60,283 nt of DNA from contig JAOUEV010000014.1 in assembly GCA_029858565.1 (NCBI GenBank), positions 1 to 60,283 of the forward strand. Reading direction: 5' to 3'. The translations under genes and the position numbers were made by a program. This DNA is from Nitrospirota bacterium (GTDB lineage: Bacteria; Nitrospirota; UBA9217). Of the stretch, positions 47,216-57,431 are shown in pieces. The notes under the pieces are model-generated. The model ran no database searches and was not told the origin of the DNA. It was given only the letters and a program-made list of their open reading frames with translations. The first letter of the stretch is position 1; every line of letters starts with the position of its first letter.

Positions 47216-49774
47216 ATGACGGTGATCAGGGTACATGAACTGGCAAAAAAACTGGGCGTCGAAAGCAAGGACCTCATATCCGTTCTGGAACGGATGGGCA
47301 TCAAGGACAAGACGCCGACAAGCGGCCTTGATGACAAAGAGACCAAGTCCCTGATCGAAAAGCTCAAGGCTATCCGCAAGGAAAAAGAAAAGCAGAAACA
47401 GGATAAACCTGTCACCGCAGCTTCGCTCGCTTTGTCGAAAGAAGAGCGCTTGAAGAAAGCGGCTGCCCTCATCGGTAAGTTCTCATCGACGCTCGAAAAG
47501 CCCGGCGCAAAACCCAAACCAGCGCCAATTCCTCCGGTGATCAAACCCGTACCTCCTGTGATCGCGCCGGCTTCGGCTGAAGTCGCTGTTTCTGACGCGC
47601 AGAAAACGCCTTCCGCAGAGCAGGTTGCACCGCAGTCGCCGGCCTCGCCTTCACCTGCATCACAGGCGCAGGTTGCAAGACCATCAGCACCGCGGCCTTA
47701 TACTCCCTCAGCTCCCGGACAACGATTTACTCCTCAGCGGCCGGGGATGCCTCCGCGCAGAGGTTCCACTCCCTTTGCGCCGGTGCTCGAACCATCGCTG
47801 TTCAACCAGCCGCCCGTTCCCGGTGCGCCTGCTCCCGGCGGAAAGCCAGCCAAAAAGAAATGGAAAAAAGGTGAAGGCAAGGATGACCGCGATTTCCGCG
47901 AGAAGCCTTCATTCAAAAAACTACCCGATATCAAGACGTTGCCTTCGGGTAAACGCCCTCATCGGAAAGATGAACGTCATGGTCAGCAGACCGACCTGGC
48001 GGACATCACAAAGCCCCGGAAAAAGGTCGTCAAGATCCAGGAAGGATGCACGATCAAGGAGTTCGCGGAAGTACTTGGGCAGAAGGTTGGCGACATCATC
48101 AAGAAGCTCATGACCATGGGCTTCATGGCCACGCAGAACCAGACCATGGATATGGATGCAGCTCTGCTTATCGCAGAAGAGTACGGAGTCAAGGCGGAAG
48201 TGGCGACTATCGAGACCGCGGAAGACGTGCTCGAGGAAAAGGCAGACGCCGCAGAGTCTCAGGTTCCGCGGCCGCCGGTGGTCACGATCATGGGCCATGT
48301 GGACCACGGAAAGACCTCGCTGCTCGACGCCATCCGCGAAGCGAACGTCGTCTCCCGCGAAGCAGGCGGTATAACGCAGCATATCGGCGCCTATCAGGTC
48401 AGCCTGAAAGGCCGTGAGATCACGTTCCTCGACACTCCCGGCCACGAGGCATTCACCGCCATGCGCGCCCGGGGCGCCAAGGTCACCGACATAGTGATCC
48501 TGGTCGTTGCCGCTGACGACGGCGTCATGCCGCAGACCCGCGAGGCCGTGAACCATGCGAAGGCGGCTGGCGTGCCGATCATCGTGGCTATCAACAAGAT
48601 CGACAAGCCCGATGCCAAGCCTGAACGGATCAAGCAGGAATTGTCGGACCTGGAGCTGATCCCCGAGGATTGGGGTGGTCAGACGATCTTCTGCGAGGTG
48701 TCCGCAAAAAAGCGTGTCGGCCTGGAGCACTTGCTCGAAATGATCCTGATCCAGTCTGACGTTCTTGAATTAAAGGCAAATCCCGACAAAATGGCCAGGG
48801 GAACGATCGTCGAAGCGAAACTTGACAAAGGCCGTGGTCCAGTGGCGACGGTCCTCGTACAGTCCGGCACCCTTCGCCAGGGAGATGTTTTTGTTTCCGG
48901 CGCGATGTTCGGCAGAGTCCGCGCGCTCAATAACGACAAGGGTGAGCGCGTCGAAGCAGCAGGACCGGCTGTTCCCGTCGAAGTTATCGGCTTCTCCGGC
49001 GTTCCCGGAGCAGGTGAGCGCTTCGTGGTGCTCGAGGAGGAGCGAAAGGCCCGCGCCATAGCAGAGTTCCGAGCGCATAAACAGCGTACCGCGGAGATGT
49101 CCGCAATGAAGAAGGTGACCCTCGAGGATCTGCACAGCCAGATTCAGGAGGGGACTGTTAAAGAGCTCAATATCGTGCTCAAGGCTGACGTGCAGGGTTC
49201 CGCCGGCGCAATCGTCGACGCATTGGAGAAGCTCTCGACCCCCGCGGTCAAGCTCAAGGTCATCCATAATTCCGTCGGCGCCATCAATGAGACCGACGTG
49301 ATGCTCGCCGCAGCGTCGAATGCAATTATCATCGGATTCAATATCCGTCCCGATTCCAAGGCTGCAGACATTGCCCAGCGGGAAGGCGTCGATATCCGCG
49401 TCTACAACATCATCTACAACATCATCGACGATATCAAGGCCGCAATGGAAGGGCTCCTTGAACCGACGCTCAAGGAACGGATCCTTGGCCACGCCGAGGT
49501 CCGCCAGACCTTCCATGTGTCCAAGGTCGGGACCATTGCAGGCTGCTCGGTCACCGATGGTGTCATGACCCGTCAGAACGACGGTGTCAGGGTACTGCGC
49601 GACAACGTGGTTGTCTATACAGGAAAACTGCACTCCCTTAAACGGTTCAAGGACGATGTTCGCGAGGTCCAATCGGGATACGAGTGCGGCCTTGGCATCG
49701 AGAACTTCAATGATATAAAGATCGGCGATGTTATCGAGGCCTTTGTTGTTGAGAAAATAGCGACAAAACTGTAA
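47216..49774 (+). CDS. infB: Translation initiation factor IF-2
   Basis: [33 protein letters not shown]. Confidence 0.98.
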   Translation: MTVIRVHELAKKLGVESKDLISVLERMGIKDKTPTSGLDDKETKSLIEKLKAIRKEKEKQKQDKPVTAASLALSKEERLKKAAALIGKFSSTLEKPGAKPKPAPIPPVIKPVPPVIAPASAEVAVSDAQKTPSAEQVAPQSPASPSPASQAQVARPSAPRPYTPSAPGQRFTPQRPGMPPRRGSTPFAPVLEPSLFNQPPVPGAPAPGGKPAKKKWKKGEGKDDRDFREKPSFKKLPDIKTLPSGKRPHRKDERHGQQTDLADITKPRKKVVKIQEGCTIKEFAEVLGQKVGDIIKKLMTMGFMATQNQTMDMDAALLIAEEYGVKAEVATIETAEDVLEEKADAAESQVPRPPVVTIMGHVDHGKTSLLDAIREANVVSREAGGITQHIGAYQVSLKGREITFLDTPGHEAFTAMRARGAKVTDIVILVVAADDGVMPQTREAVNHAKAAGVPIIVAINKIDKPDAKPERIKQELSDLELIPEDWGGQTIFCEVSAKKRVGLEHLLEMILIQSDVLELKANPDKMARGTIVEAKLDKGRGPVATVLVQSGTLRQGDVFVSGAMFGRVRALNNDKGERVEAAGPAVPVEVIGFSGVPGAGERFVVLEEERKARAIAEFRAHKQRTAEMSAMKKVTLEDLHSQIQEGTVKELNIVLKADVQGSAGAIVDALEKLSTPAVKLKVIHNSVGAINETDVMLAAASNAIIIGFNIRPDSKAADIAQREGVDIRVYNIIYNIIDDIKAAMEGLLEPTLKERILGHAEVRQTFHVSKVGTIAGCSVTDGVMTRQNDGVRVLRDNVVVYTGKLHSLKRFKDDVREVQSGYECGLGIENFNDIKIGDVIEAFVVEKIATKL

Positions 49775-49781
49775 CTTCAGC

Positions 49782-50063
49782 ATGTTCATTGGCGTCTGCA
49801 CCATCGAACTCCACATCCCGGATAGCGGTTCGCTCAAGACGAAGCGTCATTCGCTCAAGAGCCTAAAGGACCGCATCCGGGCAAGGTTTAACGTGTCCGT
49901 GGCTGAGGTGGACGACAACGATCTGTGGCAAAAAGTGACCATGGCGGTTGCTGCGGTCAGCAATGATAAAACCCACCTCAATCAGACCTTGGACCATGTG
50001 CTGGACCTTGTCAGGTCGGTGCCTGAAGTGAGCCTGCTGGATTATCAGATAGAAATCCTATAA
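49782..50063 (+). CDS. DUF503 (YlxP) protein
   Basis: SLKTKR..FNVSVAEVD..DLWQ; conserved position after infB. Confidence 0.88.
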   Translation: MFIGVCTIELHIPDSGSLKTKRHSLKSLKDRIRARFNVSVAEVDDNDLWQKVTMAVAAVSNDKTHLNQTLDHVLDLVRSVPEVSLLDYQIEIL

Positions 50064-50158
50064 ATCCGAGTGCCTTTATTACGCTAGCGCATCATGCAAT
50101 CAGCAGGGAGAGGGAAATATGTCCTGCTCGGATGCACCGAAGGAGCGCAGCGAACACT

Positions 50159-50539
50159 ATGTCAAAACCTTCCTACAAACGTGCAGATCGCGTGAGCGAT
50201 CAAATGCGTCAAGAGATCGCCGATATCCTCATGCGAAAGATCAAGGATCCGCGCATCGGATTCGTCACGATAACCGAAGTGGATGTGTCTGATGATCTCA
50301 GGAACGCAAAGGTCTTTGTGAGCGCTTACGGCTCGGACAAAGATGCTACGCTCAAGGGTCTCCAAAGCGCCGCAGCTTTTATCCGGTCAGAACTGGGGAA
50401 ACGGATGCGGATGCGGTTCGTGCCTGAACTTCTTTTCCGGTACGACGAGACTGTGGAACGCGGCGCACACATCATGGAACTCCTGCATGACATTGAAAAG
50501 AAAGACAAGGGCGGCTCGAACGATGAAGGGAATTCCTGA
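50159..50539 (+). CDS. rbfA: Ribosome-binding factor A
   Basis: RADRV, KDPRIG, DLRNAKVF, PELLF.YD. Confidence 0.95.
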   Translation: MSKPSYKRADRVSDQMRQEIADILMRKIKDPRIGFVTITEVDVSDDLRNAKVFVSAYGSDKDATLKGLQSAAAFIRSELGKRMRMRFVPELLFRYDETVERGAHIMELLHDIEKKDKGGSNDEGNS

Positions 50540-51503
50540 TATTATCGCGGCCCTCAGGCCGTGCCAATCGGTCCTTATTTCGGTCCATAAAAATCCGGAT
50601 GGTGACGCACTGGGCTCCCAACTCGCGCTTATGCGTGCTCTGGAGCGATCAGGGAAAAGGGTACATGCACATAATCTGGACCCGGTACCTGAAATCTATC
50701 GTTTTCTCCCTGGAGTAGAACGGATTACCTCCGGCGCGAAGGTGGCAGGATCCTACGATGCCTTCATGGTCCTTGACGCGGATCCGCCCAGGACCGGCTT
50801 GTTCGACGGGATCTATCCGGCACCCACTCTGATCAACATAGACCACCATGTCACGAATCCACTGGCATGGCCTCTCACCTGGCTAGATCCCCATGCAACT
50901 GCTACAGGTGAAATGATTTATCATCTTGTGCAGGAAATGGGGACCGATATCGACCGGGAAATGGCGCTGTGCCTGTACACCGCGATTTTTACCGATACCG
51001 GTTCTTTCCGTTACACCAATACGACCCCCTCCTGCATGCGCATTGCCGCTGATCTCATCGAAAAGGGCGCAGACACATGGCTCGTGACGGAAAATGTCTA
51101 TGAATCCTATACCTACCGGCGGATAAAGCTGCTCGGGATTGTTCTTTCCGGCATGGTGCGCCACAATGACGACAGAATCGCTCATGTGCTGGTAACCGAG
51201 GAAATGTACCAGCAGACTGGTGCAAGCGCAGAAGATACTGATAATTTCGTTAATTATGTTCGTGCGGTAAAAGGCGTCGAGGTTGCCATCCTCTTTCGTC
51301 AGACCGGAAAGAACCAGTACAAGATCAGCCTGCGATCCAAGGGCAGGGTGGACCTGTCCGCAATGGCTCAAGCACTTGGCGGGGGAGGTCATAAGAACGC
51401 GGCCGGCGGCGTCCTTGACGGATCCTTCGACGAAGTCTGTCGCAAGGTCGTAACCGCTGCTGAAAAGGTCTTGGCAGATCAGCTTGGTGCACCCCGGGCC
51501 TGA
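50523..51503 (+). CDS. nrnA: DHH/DHHA1 oligoribonuclease / PAP phosphatase
   Basis: HKNPDGDALGS, IDHH, TDTGSF, SLRS, GGGGHKNAAG. Confidence 0.9.
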   Translation: MKGIPDIIAALRPCQSVLISVHKNPDGDALGSQLALMRALERSGKRVHAHNLDPVPEIYRFLPGVERITSGAKVAGSYDAFMVLDADPPRTGLFDGIYPAPTLINIDHHVTNPLAWPLTWLDPHATATGEMIYHLVQEMGTDIDREMALCLYTAIFTDTGSFRYTNTTPSCMRIAADLIEKGADTWLVTENVYESYTYRRIKLLGIVLSGMVRHNDDRIAHVLVTEEMYQQTGASAEDTDNFVNYVRAVKGVEVAILFRQTGKNQYKISLRSKGRVDLSAMAQALGGGGHKNAAGGVLDGSFDEVCRKVVTAAEKVLADQLGAPRA

Positions 51504-51505
51504 GC

Positions 51506-52390
51506 ATGAACGGGGTTCTCATCATCAACAAACCACGAGGATGGACGTCTCACGACGTGGTAGCCAAGGTGCGGCGCCTTCTCGGCGTTGCCAAGGCCGG
51601 CCACACCGGGACCTTGGACCCCCTTGCCACCGGGGTACTCGTTGTATGTGTCGGCAAGGCCACGCGACTGGCACGCTATCTGGAATCTGATGACAAGGAA
51701 TACGAAGCAGAGATCCGCCTGGGAACGATCACCGATACCCTGGACACTGACGGCCGGATCTTGGAAACGAAAGTATACGAATCCCCTTCTGAAAAGTCCG
51801 TACGTGAGGCGCTCAACGCTTTTACTGGTGTTATCAAGCAGCGACCTCCTTCATTCTCAGCCATCAAGATCCATGGCATACCATCCCATCGTCTCGCACG
51901 ATCGGGAGATGCGAGAGAACTGCCTGAGCGGCAGGTAACGATCTTTTCACTGGAACTGCTTCATTACCAAGACCCCTGCATCCGGGTTGCTGTTCGTTGC
52001 TCCAAAGGCACCTACATCCGTTCCTTAGCAGCTGACATAGGCGACAGATTGGGCGCCGGAGCATGCCTGTCTGTGCTGATCCGGACAAAGGCTGGGGCAT
52101 TCGGACTTGAACGTGCTATTACGATCGAGCAGCTGGCAGATCTTGTCGTTAAGAACGAAACACAAAGGGTACTGCTGCCTCCGGCCGAGGTTCTCAATGG
52201 CTTTTCATCCCTGAAAATGTCCGAGCAAGAGTGCCGTCTGGTCGCCCATGGAAATGCGGTTACGATAACGGACGATCGTGGAGAGATCGGAAATGAGGAG
52301 CAGGTGTGCCTCCTCGACCGGTCCGGCAGCCTTATTGCCGTTGGCAAACGGTCCGGAAGCACGATCCAGCCAGAAGTTGTACTTGTCTGA
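51506..52390 (+). CDS. truB: tRNA pseudouridine(55) synthase
   Basis: KPRGWTSHD, GHTGTLDPLATG, CSKGTYIRSL. Confidence 0.96.
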   Translation: MNGVLIINKPRGWTSHDVVAKVRRLLGVAKAGHTGTLDPLATGVLVVCVGKATRLARYLESDDKEYEAEIRLGTITDTLDTDGRILETKVYESPSEKSVREALNAFTGVIKQRPPSFSAIKIHGIPSHRLARSGDARELPERQVTIFSLELLHYQDPCIRVAVRCSKGTYIRSLAADIGDRLGAGACLSVLIRTKAGAFGLERAITIEQLADLVVKNETQRVLLPPAEVLNGFSSLKMSEQECRLVAHGNAVTITDDRGEIGNEEQVCLLDRSGSLIAVGKRSGSTIQPEVVLV

Positions 52391-52491
52391 TTTATTCATA
52401 AACAAGCATAAAACACTTTACAACAGCTTGTAAATATGATATTTTACATCGCTTCAAAGCTTCACAAATTCAACGGAAAGGGGGGTGACTG

Positions 52492-52755
52492 ATGGACAAG
52501 GACAAGAAATCAAACCTGATATCTACCTACCGCAGACACGCCTCGGATACCGGTTCCCCGGAGGTTCAGATCGCGCTCTTGAGCGGGCGTATCAACCACC
52601 TTACCGAGCATCTGCAGGCGCACAAGCAGGACCATCACTCGCGGCGGGGTCTTCTCAAGATGGTCGGACAGCGTCGTCGCCATTTGGAATACCTGCGAGT
52701 GAACGATATGGATCGTTATCGTCAGATCGTCGAGAAGCTCGGCTTGCGCAAATAG
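52492..52755 (+). CDS. rpsO: 30S ribosomal protein S15
   Basis: [28 protein letters not shown]. Confidence 0.97.
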   Translation: MDKDKKSNLISTYRRHASDTGSPEVQIALLSGRINHLTEHLQAHKQDHHSRRGLLKMVGQRRRHLEYLRVNDMDRYRQIVEKLGLRK

Positions 52756-52796
52756 GCAAACGACAACTTTCACGTTGGCACAAGAAATGAGGATGA

Positions 52797-54887
52797 ATGG
52801 CAACAACCGTAGAAGCTGAAATTGGTGGAAAGCGATTGATCCTTGAAACCGGGATCATGGCAAAACAGGCAAGCGGCGCTGTCGTCGCACGATACGGTGA
52901 TACCGTCGTGCTGGCGACTGCGGTCGCATCCAAAGTGGAACGGGAGAACGTTGATTTTCTTCCGCTCACGGTGGATTACCAGGAAAAGGCCTATTCGGCA
53001 GGCAGGATCCCGGGTGGTTTTTTCAAGCGCGAGGGCCGTCAGTCGGAGAAAGAGATCCTTACGTCGCGGCTCATTGACAGGCCAATGCGGCCGCTGTTCC
53101 CGGACGGATACTATTTCGATACGCAGATCATTGCTTCTGTCCTGTCCATTGGTGATGAAAGCTCCATGGACCTGATGGGCATGATCGCGTCATCTGCAGC
53201 GACATCGATCTCCGACGTCCCTTTTAACGGTCCTATCGGCGCTGTCCGGATAGGATTTATAGAAGGGAAATTCATCGTCAACCCCGGGATCAAGGAGATC
53301 GAAGCATCATCCCTCAATCTCGTTGTCGCGGGGACTGCTGATGCCATCATGATGGTCGAAGGCGGCGCGAAAGAGCTGAGCGAGGATCAGATGCTGGAGG
53401 CCCTCGAAACTGCACATCAGGAGATCAAAAAGATCGTGGCGCTGCAGAAAGACCTGATGAGCAAGGTCGGGAAGACCAAGCGGGTCGTTAAGACCGTTGA
53501 GCTCGACAAGGACCTTGAGAAGGAAGTGGCTGCTCTTGCCATGGATCGCCTCAAGACAGCGATCGTAATCCCGGACAAGATGGAACGCCAAAAGACCCTG
53601 GACGTCCTTCTCGGCGAGATCAAGGAAAAGCTGAAAAAAGAGGACGATCCTACGCGCAAGCTTCAGATCTCCAAGATCTTCGTCAACATAGAGAAAGATG
53701 AAGTTCGCAGGATCATCCTTGAGAAGAACGTCCGTGCCGATGGAAGAAAGCCTACAGAAATACGGCCTATCAGCAGCATGGTGGGACTGCTTCCCCGGAC
53801 CCATGGATCCGCACTCTTTACTAGGGGAGAGACCCAGGCGCTCGCCGTAGCGACACTGGGGACGTCGGAAGATGAACAGCGCATTGACGCATTGGAAGGC
53901 GAATATTACAAGACCTTCATGCTCCACTACAACTTCCCGCCATTCAGCGTAGGTGAAACCAAGCCGTTACGCGGACCCGGGAGAAGGGAAGTAGGACATG
54001 GAGCTCTCGCCGAGCGTGCATTACGTCCGGTGATCCCGACCAAGCAGGAGTTCCCTTATACCATCCGCCTGGTCTCCGATGTGCTCGAATCGAACGGTTC
54101 ATCATCCATGGCCACGGTATGCGGCGGAACGTTATCGCTCATGGATGCCGGCGTACCGATCAAAGCGCCTGTTGCAGGCATCGCAATGGGATTGATCAAG
54201 GAAGGCGACAAGGTGATCGTGCTTTCCGACATCCTCGGACTCGAGGACCATCTCGGTGACATGGATTTCAAGGTCACGGGAACGAGCAAGGGCATCACTG
54301 CCCTCCAAATGGATATGAAAATCGAAGGGATCACGATCGAGGTTATGCGTTCGGCCCTCAAACAAGCACAGGAAGGGCGACTTCATATTCTCGGCAAAAT
54401 GCTCGAGACGCTTGCCGTTCCGCGGACGAATCTTAATCCCCACGCTCCCCGTATCATATCGATGAAGATCAATACGGAGAAGATCAAGGATGTCATCGGC
54501 ACTGGCGGAAAGGTTATCCGCAGTATCGTTGAGCAGACCGGTGCAAAGATCGATATCGAGGATGATGGAACGATCAATATCGCGTCATCGGATGAAGCCG
54601 CAGCGAATAAGGCCAAGGAGATCATCCGGGGGATCGTCCAGGAAGCAGAAGTTGGCAAGCTCTACATGGGCAAGGTTCGCAAGATCATGGACTTCGGCGC
54701 TTTTGTTGAGATCTTCCCGGGAACCGACGGATTGCTGCACATTTCGCAGATCTCAGAAAAACGCCTGGAAAAAGTGACGGACGAGCTCAAGGAAGGTGAC
54801 GAGGTCCTTGTTAAGGTCCTCGAGATCGACCGTCAGGGGAAAATACGTCTTTCGCGCAAGGAAGCAATGCGGGAAAAGAACAAGTGA
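52797..54887 (+). CDS. pnp: Polyribonucleotide nucleotidyltransferase
   Basis: RLIDR, HGSALFTRGETQ, SNGSSSM, DMDFK, KH and S1 domains. Confidence 0.98.
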   Translation: MATTVEAEIGGKRLILETGIMAKQASGAVVARYGDTVVLATAVASKVERENVDFLPLTVDYQEKAYSAGRIPGGFFKREGRQSEKEILTSRLIDRPMRPLFPDGYYFDTQIIASVLSIGDESSMDLMGMIASSAATSISDVPFNGPIGAVRIGFIEGKFIVNPGIKEIEASSLNLVVAGTADAIMMVEGGAKELSEDQMLEALETAHQEIKKIVALQKDLMSKVGKTKRVVKTVELDKDLEKEVAALAMDRLKTAIVIPDKMERQKTLDVLLGEIKEKLKKEDDPTRKLQISKIFVNIEKDEVRRIILEKNVRADGRKPTEIRPISSMVGLLPRTHGSALFTRGETQALAVATLGTSEDEQRIDALEGEYYKTFMLHYNFPPFSVGETKPLRGPGRREVGHGALAERALRPVIPTKQEFPYTIRLVSDVLESNGSSSMATVCGGTLSLMDAGVPIKAPVAGIAMGLIKEGDKVIVLSDILGLEDHLGDMDFKVTGTSKGITALQMDMKIEGITIEVMRSALKQAQEGRLHILGKMLETLAVPRTNLNPHAPRIISMKINTEKIKDVIGTGGKVIRSIVEQTGAKIDIEDDGTINIASSDEAAANKAKEIIRGIVQEAEVGKLYMGKVRKIMDFGAFVEIFPGTDGLLHISQISEKRLEKVTDELKEGDEVLVKVLEIDRQGKIRLSRKEAMREKNK

Positions 54888-54924
54888 TACCAAGAACTGA
54901 TGCGAAGAACATAGTCGTAATGCC

Positions 54925-54964
54925 AAGGAAGCAGGATACGTAATAAATCCTGTTTCCTTTTTTT
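54925..54964 (+). terminator. Intrinsic terminator after pnp
   Basis: AAGGAAGCAGGAT...ATCCTGTTTCCTT + T-tract. Confidence 0.8.
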
Positions 54965-54989
54965 ATTTGCACTTACAGGAGCGGATGGT

Positions 54990-56216
54990 TTGAGCAAGTA
55001 CGACGCGGTCATAATCGGTGCTGGCATTGCGGGTCTGTCCGTTGCCGCGAGATTGGGGCGCAAAGGGAAGCGCGTGGTCATTATCGATCCTGCGACAGCC
55101 GTTGGCGGGAACTCCCTGGATGTTTCTCTTGATGGATTATACTATTCGCCTGGCCCCGCCGCTTGTTTCGGCTTTGAACAAAATGGCCCGCTGAGAAATT
55201 TATGTTCCGAGCTCGGCATAACCCTGAAATTTCACCATGACAAGGCCCCGTATCAGATTGTGCTGCCGGATCACCGGATAACGGTATTTCCTGATAAGGA
55301 CCATACGATCCAGGAACTGAGCAGGGAGTTCCCGAGAGAGATGGAAAACGTCCGGAAAATATACCGCGAACTGCTCGGAGTCTTTAATGCTTCAAAAAAA
55401 AGCAGAGTGAAAGCGTACCTTGCTGAGCGGCGTTCCGCTAAAGAGTTTCTCGCTCCATTTCACTTGAGCCGTGGACTGACGGCTTTCTTCAATGTGCAAG
55501 CGCTTATTTTCTTTGGCATGCCGGTCGCCAGCCTCCGCCTTTCCTCTTTAGCTCTTTTAATCAGCACATTTCCCCAGACCGTCAATGATGGCCTTTCCGG
55601 ATTAGCAGCATCTCTTGGGAATATCATCTCGGGAACAAGCGGAACGATCAGATTGGGGGAGCCGTGGCCCCAACTCACTGGCCGTTCGAATATCGTCACG
55701 GGAGTTGTAACAGGGTCCGGAACCCTTGAGGCCAGATCGGTAATTATTAATACTCTGGAGCAAGGATCTGAACGAAGATGGCTTATCGGCATTCGTCCGG
55801 ACGTCGTCCCGGTTTGCATGCGCGATACTGTTGTTTATCTTCCTGATTATGATAAACCGTTTAACGTTATGACAATGACGATGCCCGACAATACATCGGG
55901 CAGTGCAGGGAATGACCTGCGTGCGCTGCGTGTTTCATTCTACGGTCCGGAATCAACTACGGCTTCTGATATTCTTTTGGAAAGAATTTGCGCCATTATA
56001 CCCTTTCTCAGGAATCATCTCATGACCGGAGGGGAAGAGGATCTGTCGGCGCTATCATATCCCGCGGAGAAACTTCCCGCGCATCATACGGCATCGCGGC
56101 ATGAACTAACTCTCGCGGAAGGCTGTAAACGAATTAAAAATGTTATTTTCATCCCAGACCGCAACCCTGGCCTTGGTCAGACCGTGATGGAAGCTCATCG
56201 GCTGGCAAGAGGATGA
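54990..56216 (+). CDS. FAD-dependent oxidoreductase (phytoene dehydrogenase-like N-terminus)
   Basis: YDAVIIGAGIAGL Rossmann motif; TTG start after AGGAG; divergent C-terminal half. Confidence 0.7.
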   Translation: MSKYDAVIIGAGIAGLSVAARLGRKGKRVVIIDPATAVGGNSLDVSLDGLYYSPGPAACFGFEQNGPLRNLCSELGITLKFHHDKAPYQIVLPDHRITVFPDKDHTIQELSREFPREMENVRKIYRELLGVFNASKKSRVKAYLAERRSAKEFLAPFHLSRGLTAFFNVQALIFFGMPVASLRLSSLALLISTFPQTVNDGLSGLAASLGNIISGTSGTIRLGEPWPQLTGRSNIVTGVVTGSGTLEARSVIINTLEQGSERRWLIGIRPDVVPVCMRDTVVYLPDYDKPFNVMTMTMPDNTSGSAGNDLRALRVSFYGPESTTASDILLERICAIIPFLRNHLMTGGEEDLSALSYPAEKLPAHHTASRHELTLAEGCKRIKNVIFIPDRNPGLGQTVMEAHRLARG

Positions 56217-56217
56217 C

Positions 56218-57378
56218 ATGATGATACCCCGACCTCTGCATCATACCTTGCCTCTGATCCGTATATATAACTGTTTGTCCGTGCTTGCCGTCCTTCTATT
56301 CCTGTCAGCGGCTGTAGCCGATGCTGCTGCTGAGCCAATAAACGCTTTGCTGCTCAGAGATATTCCGCCATCTTACAGTGAATGCGACAGGTTCCTGAGT
56401 TCTTTGCAGGATACCGGCGCAAATACCGTGATCATCGAGCTTCCATTTCTTAGCGATGACAGACCGGACCTGTTCAGCCTCCACAACCTGGTATACTTGG
56501 CTCACCGCGCCGGTCTCAAGATCTTGGTGATCCTTCCCATTCGACAGTATCCATCTATACTCACCCAACATCCCGAGTGGGCAGACAGGGAGTACGATCC
56601 CAATAGCGGCTCAATCCGCGAAATACGGAAACTTGATCTATTCGTTGATGATGCTGTCAAATATATGGCGTCAATAGCGGCGAACCTGTCTGAGTACTCC
56701 ATTGACGGCATTCTGCTCAGCGATGACTTCATGTATGGAACATTTGAGGGCATGAGTAAACAGGCAATTCAGGAAAGTGAGAAACGTCTCGGCACCGACG
56801 TAAAACCGAAGGTACTCTTCAAGCGGAATGAGAAACCTGCTGGAAACAGTCTTTCCGATCAATACGGGGCACAATTTCAATCATGGGTGGCCATAAAGCG
56901 TGATCGTATGCTTGAAACCTATGACACGATCCGAAAAGCCGTTCAGTCTGCGGCCAAAAGACCGATAATAACCGGTGTCACAGTGCCTGTTATTCTTCCT
57001 ATTTCGAGCGCAGAGGAACTGCTTACCCGATACGCGTTCGATATGAGCGGGTTGAAAAGACTGAACGTTGATCTTTATTGGACTGTGATCGAAGTGCGTA
57101 ATTATCGTGATACGCCGGGCATGAGCTACAAACAATCACTCGAATTATTATCAAGAGCTGTTCATTCGGCGGTGACTTCGATTCGTGATGAGAGTAAAAC
57201 GGTAATTATCATCCCCGCGGCGGCGGCAGGTGGGTACACCGTGACACTGTCTGAACTGGAGGAGTCTACGAGTTTACTGAAGCACAATCGAGAGATAGGG
57301 CTTGGATATGCGATGACACCGCTGAAAAGGCCGGCATCGTTATTCCTGCAAAAGATGTTCCGACGAATCGACCGATAA
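56218..57378 (+). CDS. Secreted glycoside hydrolase-like protein resembling the PgaB C-terminal (GH153) domain
   Basis: Signal peptide; GANTVII, AHRAGLKI, LDLF, IDGILLSDD (cf. PgaB DGILFHDD). Confidence 0.55.
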   Translation: MMIPRPLHHTLPLIRIYNCLSVLAVLLFLSAAVADAAAEPINALLLRDIPPSYSECDRFLSSLQDTGANTVIIELPFLSDDRPDLFSLHNLVYLAHRAGLKILVILPIRQYPSILTQHPEWADREYDPNSGSIREIRKLDLFVDDAVKYMASIAANLSEYSIDGILLSDDFMYGTFEGMSKQAIQESEKRLGTDVKPKVLFKRNEKPAGNSLSDQYGAQFQSWVAIKRDRMLETYDTIRKAVQSAAKRPIITGVTVPVILPISSAEELLTRYAFDMSGLKRLNVDLYWTVIEVRNYRDTPGMSYKQSLELLSRAVHSAVTSIRDESKTVIIIPAAAAGGYTVTLSELEESTSLLKHNREIGLGYAMTPLKRPASLFLQKMFRRIDR

Positions 57379-57431
57379 TACCGCCCGTCACACTATAGTC
57401 ACGGACCTCCGGAGATATGATGCCATGGAGA

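Noticed and set aside
47480-47850. Pro/Ala-rich low-complexity stretch in infB as an insertion or repeat element
   Set aside because: This is the typical variable N-terminal linker of IF-2.
57380-57393. ACCGCCCGTCACAC, identical to a conserved 16S rRNA segment
   Set aside because: Only 14 nt in a short intergenic gap with no flanking rRNA similarity; most likely chance.
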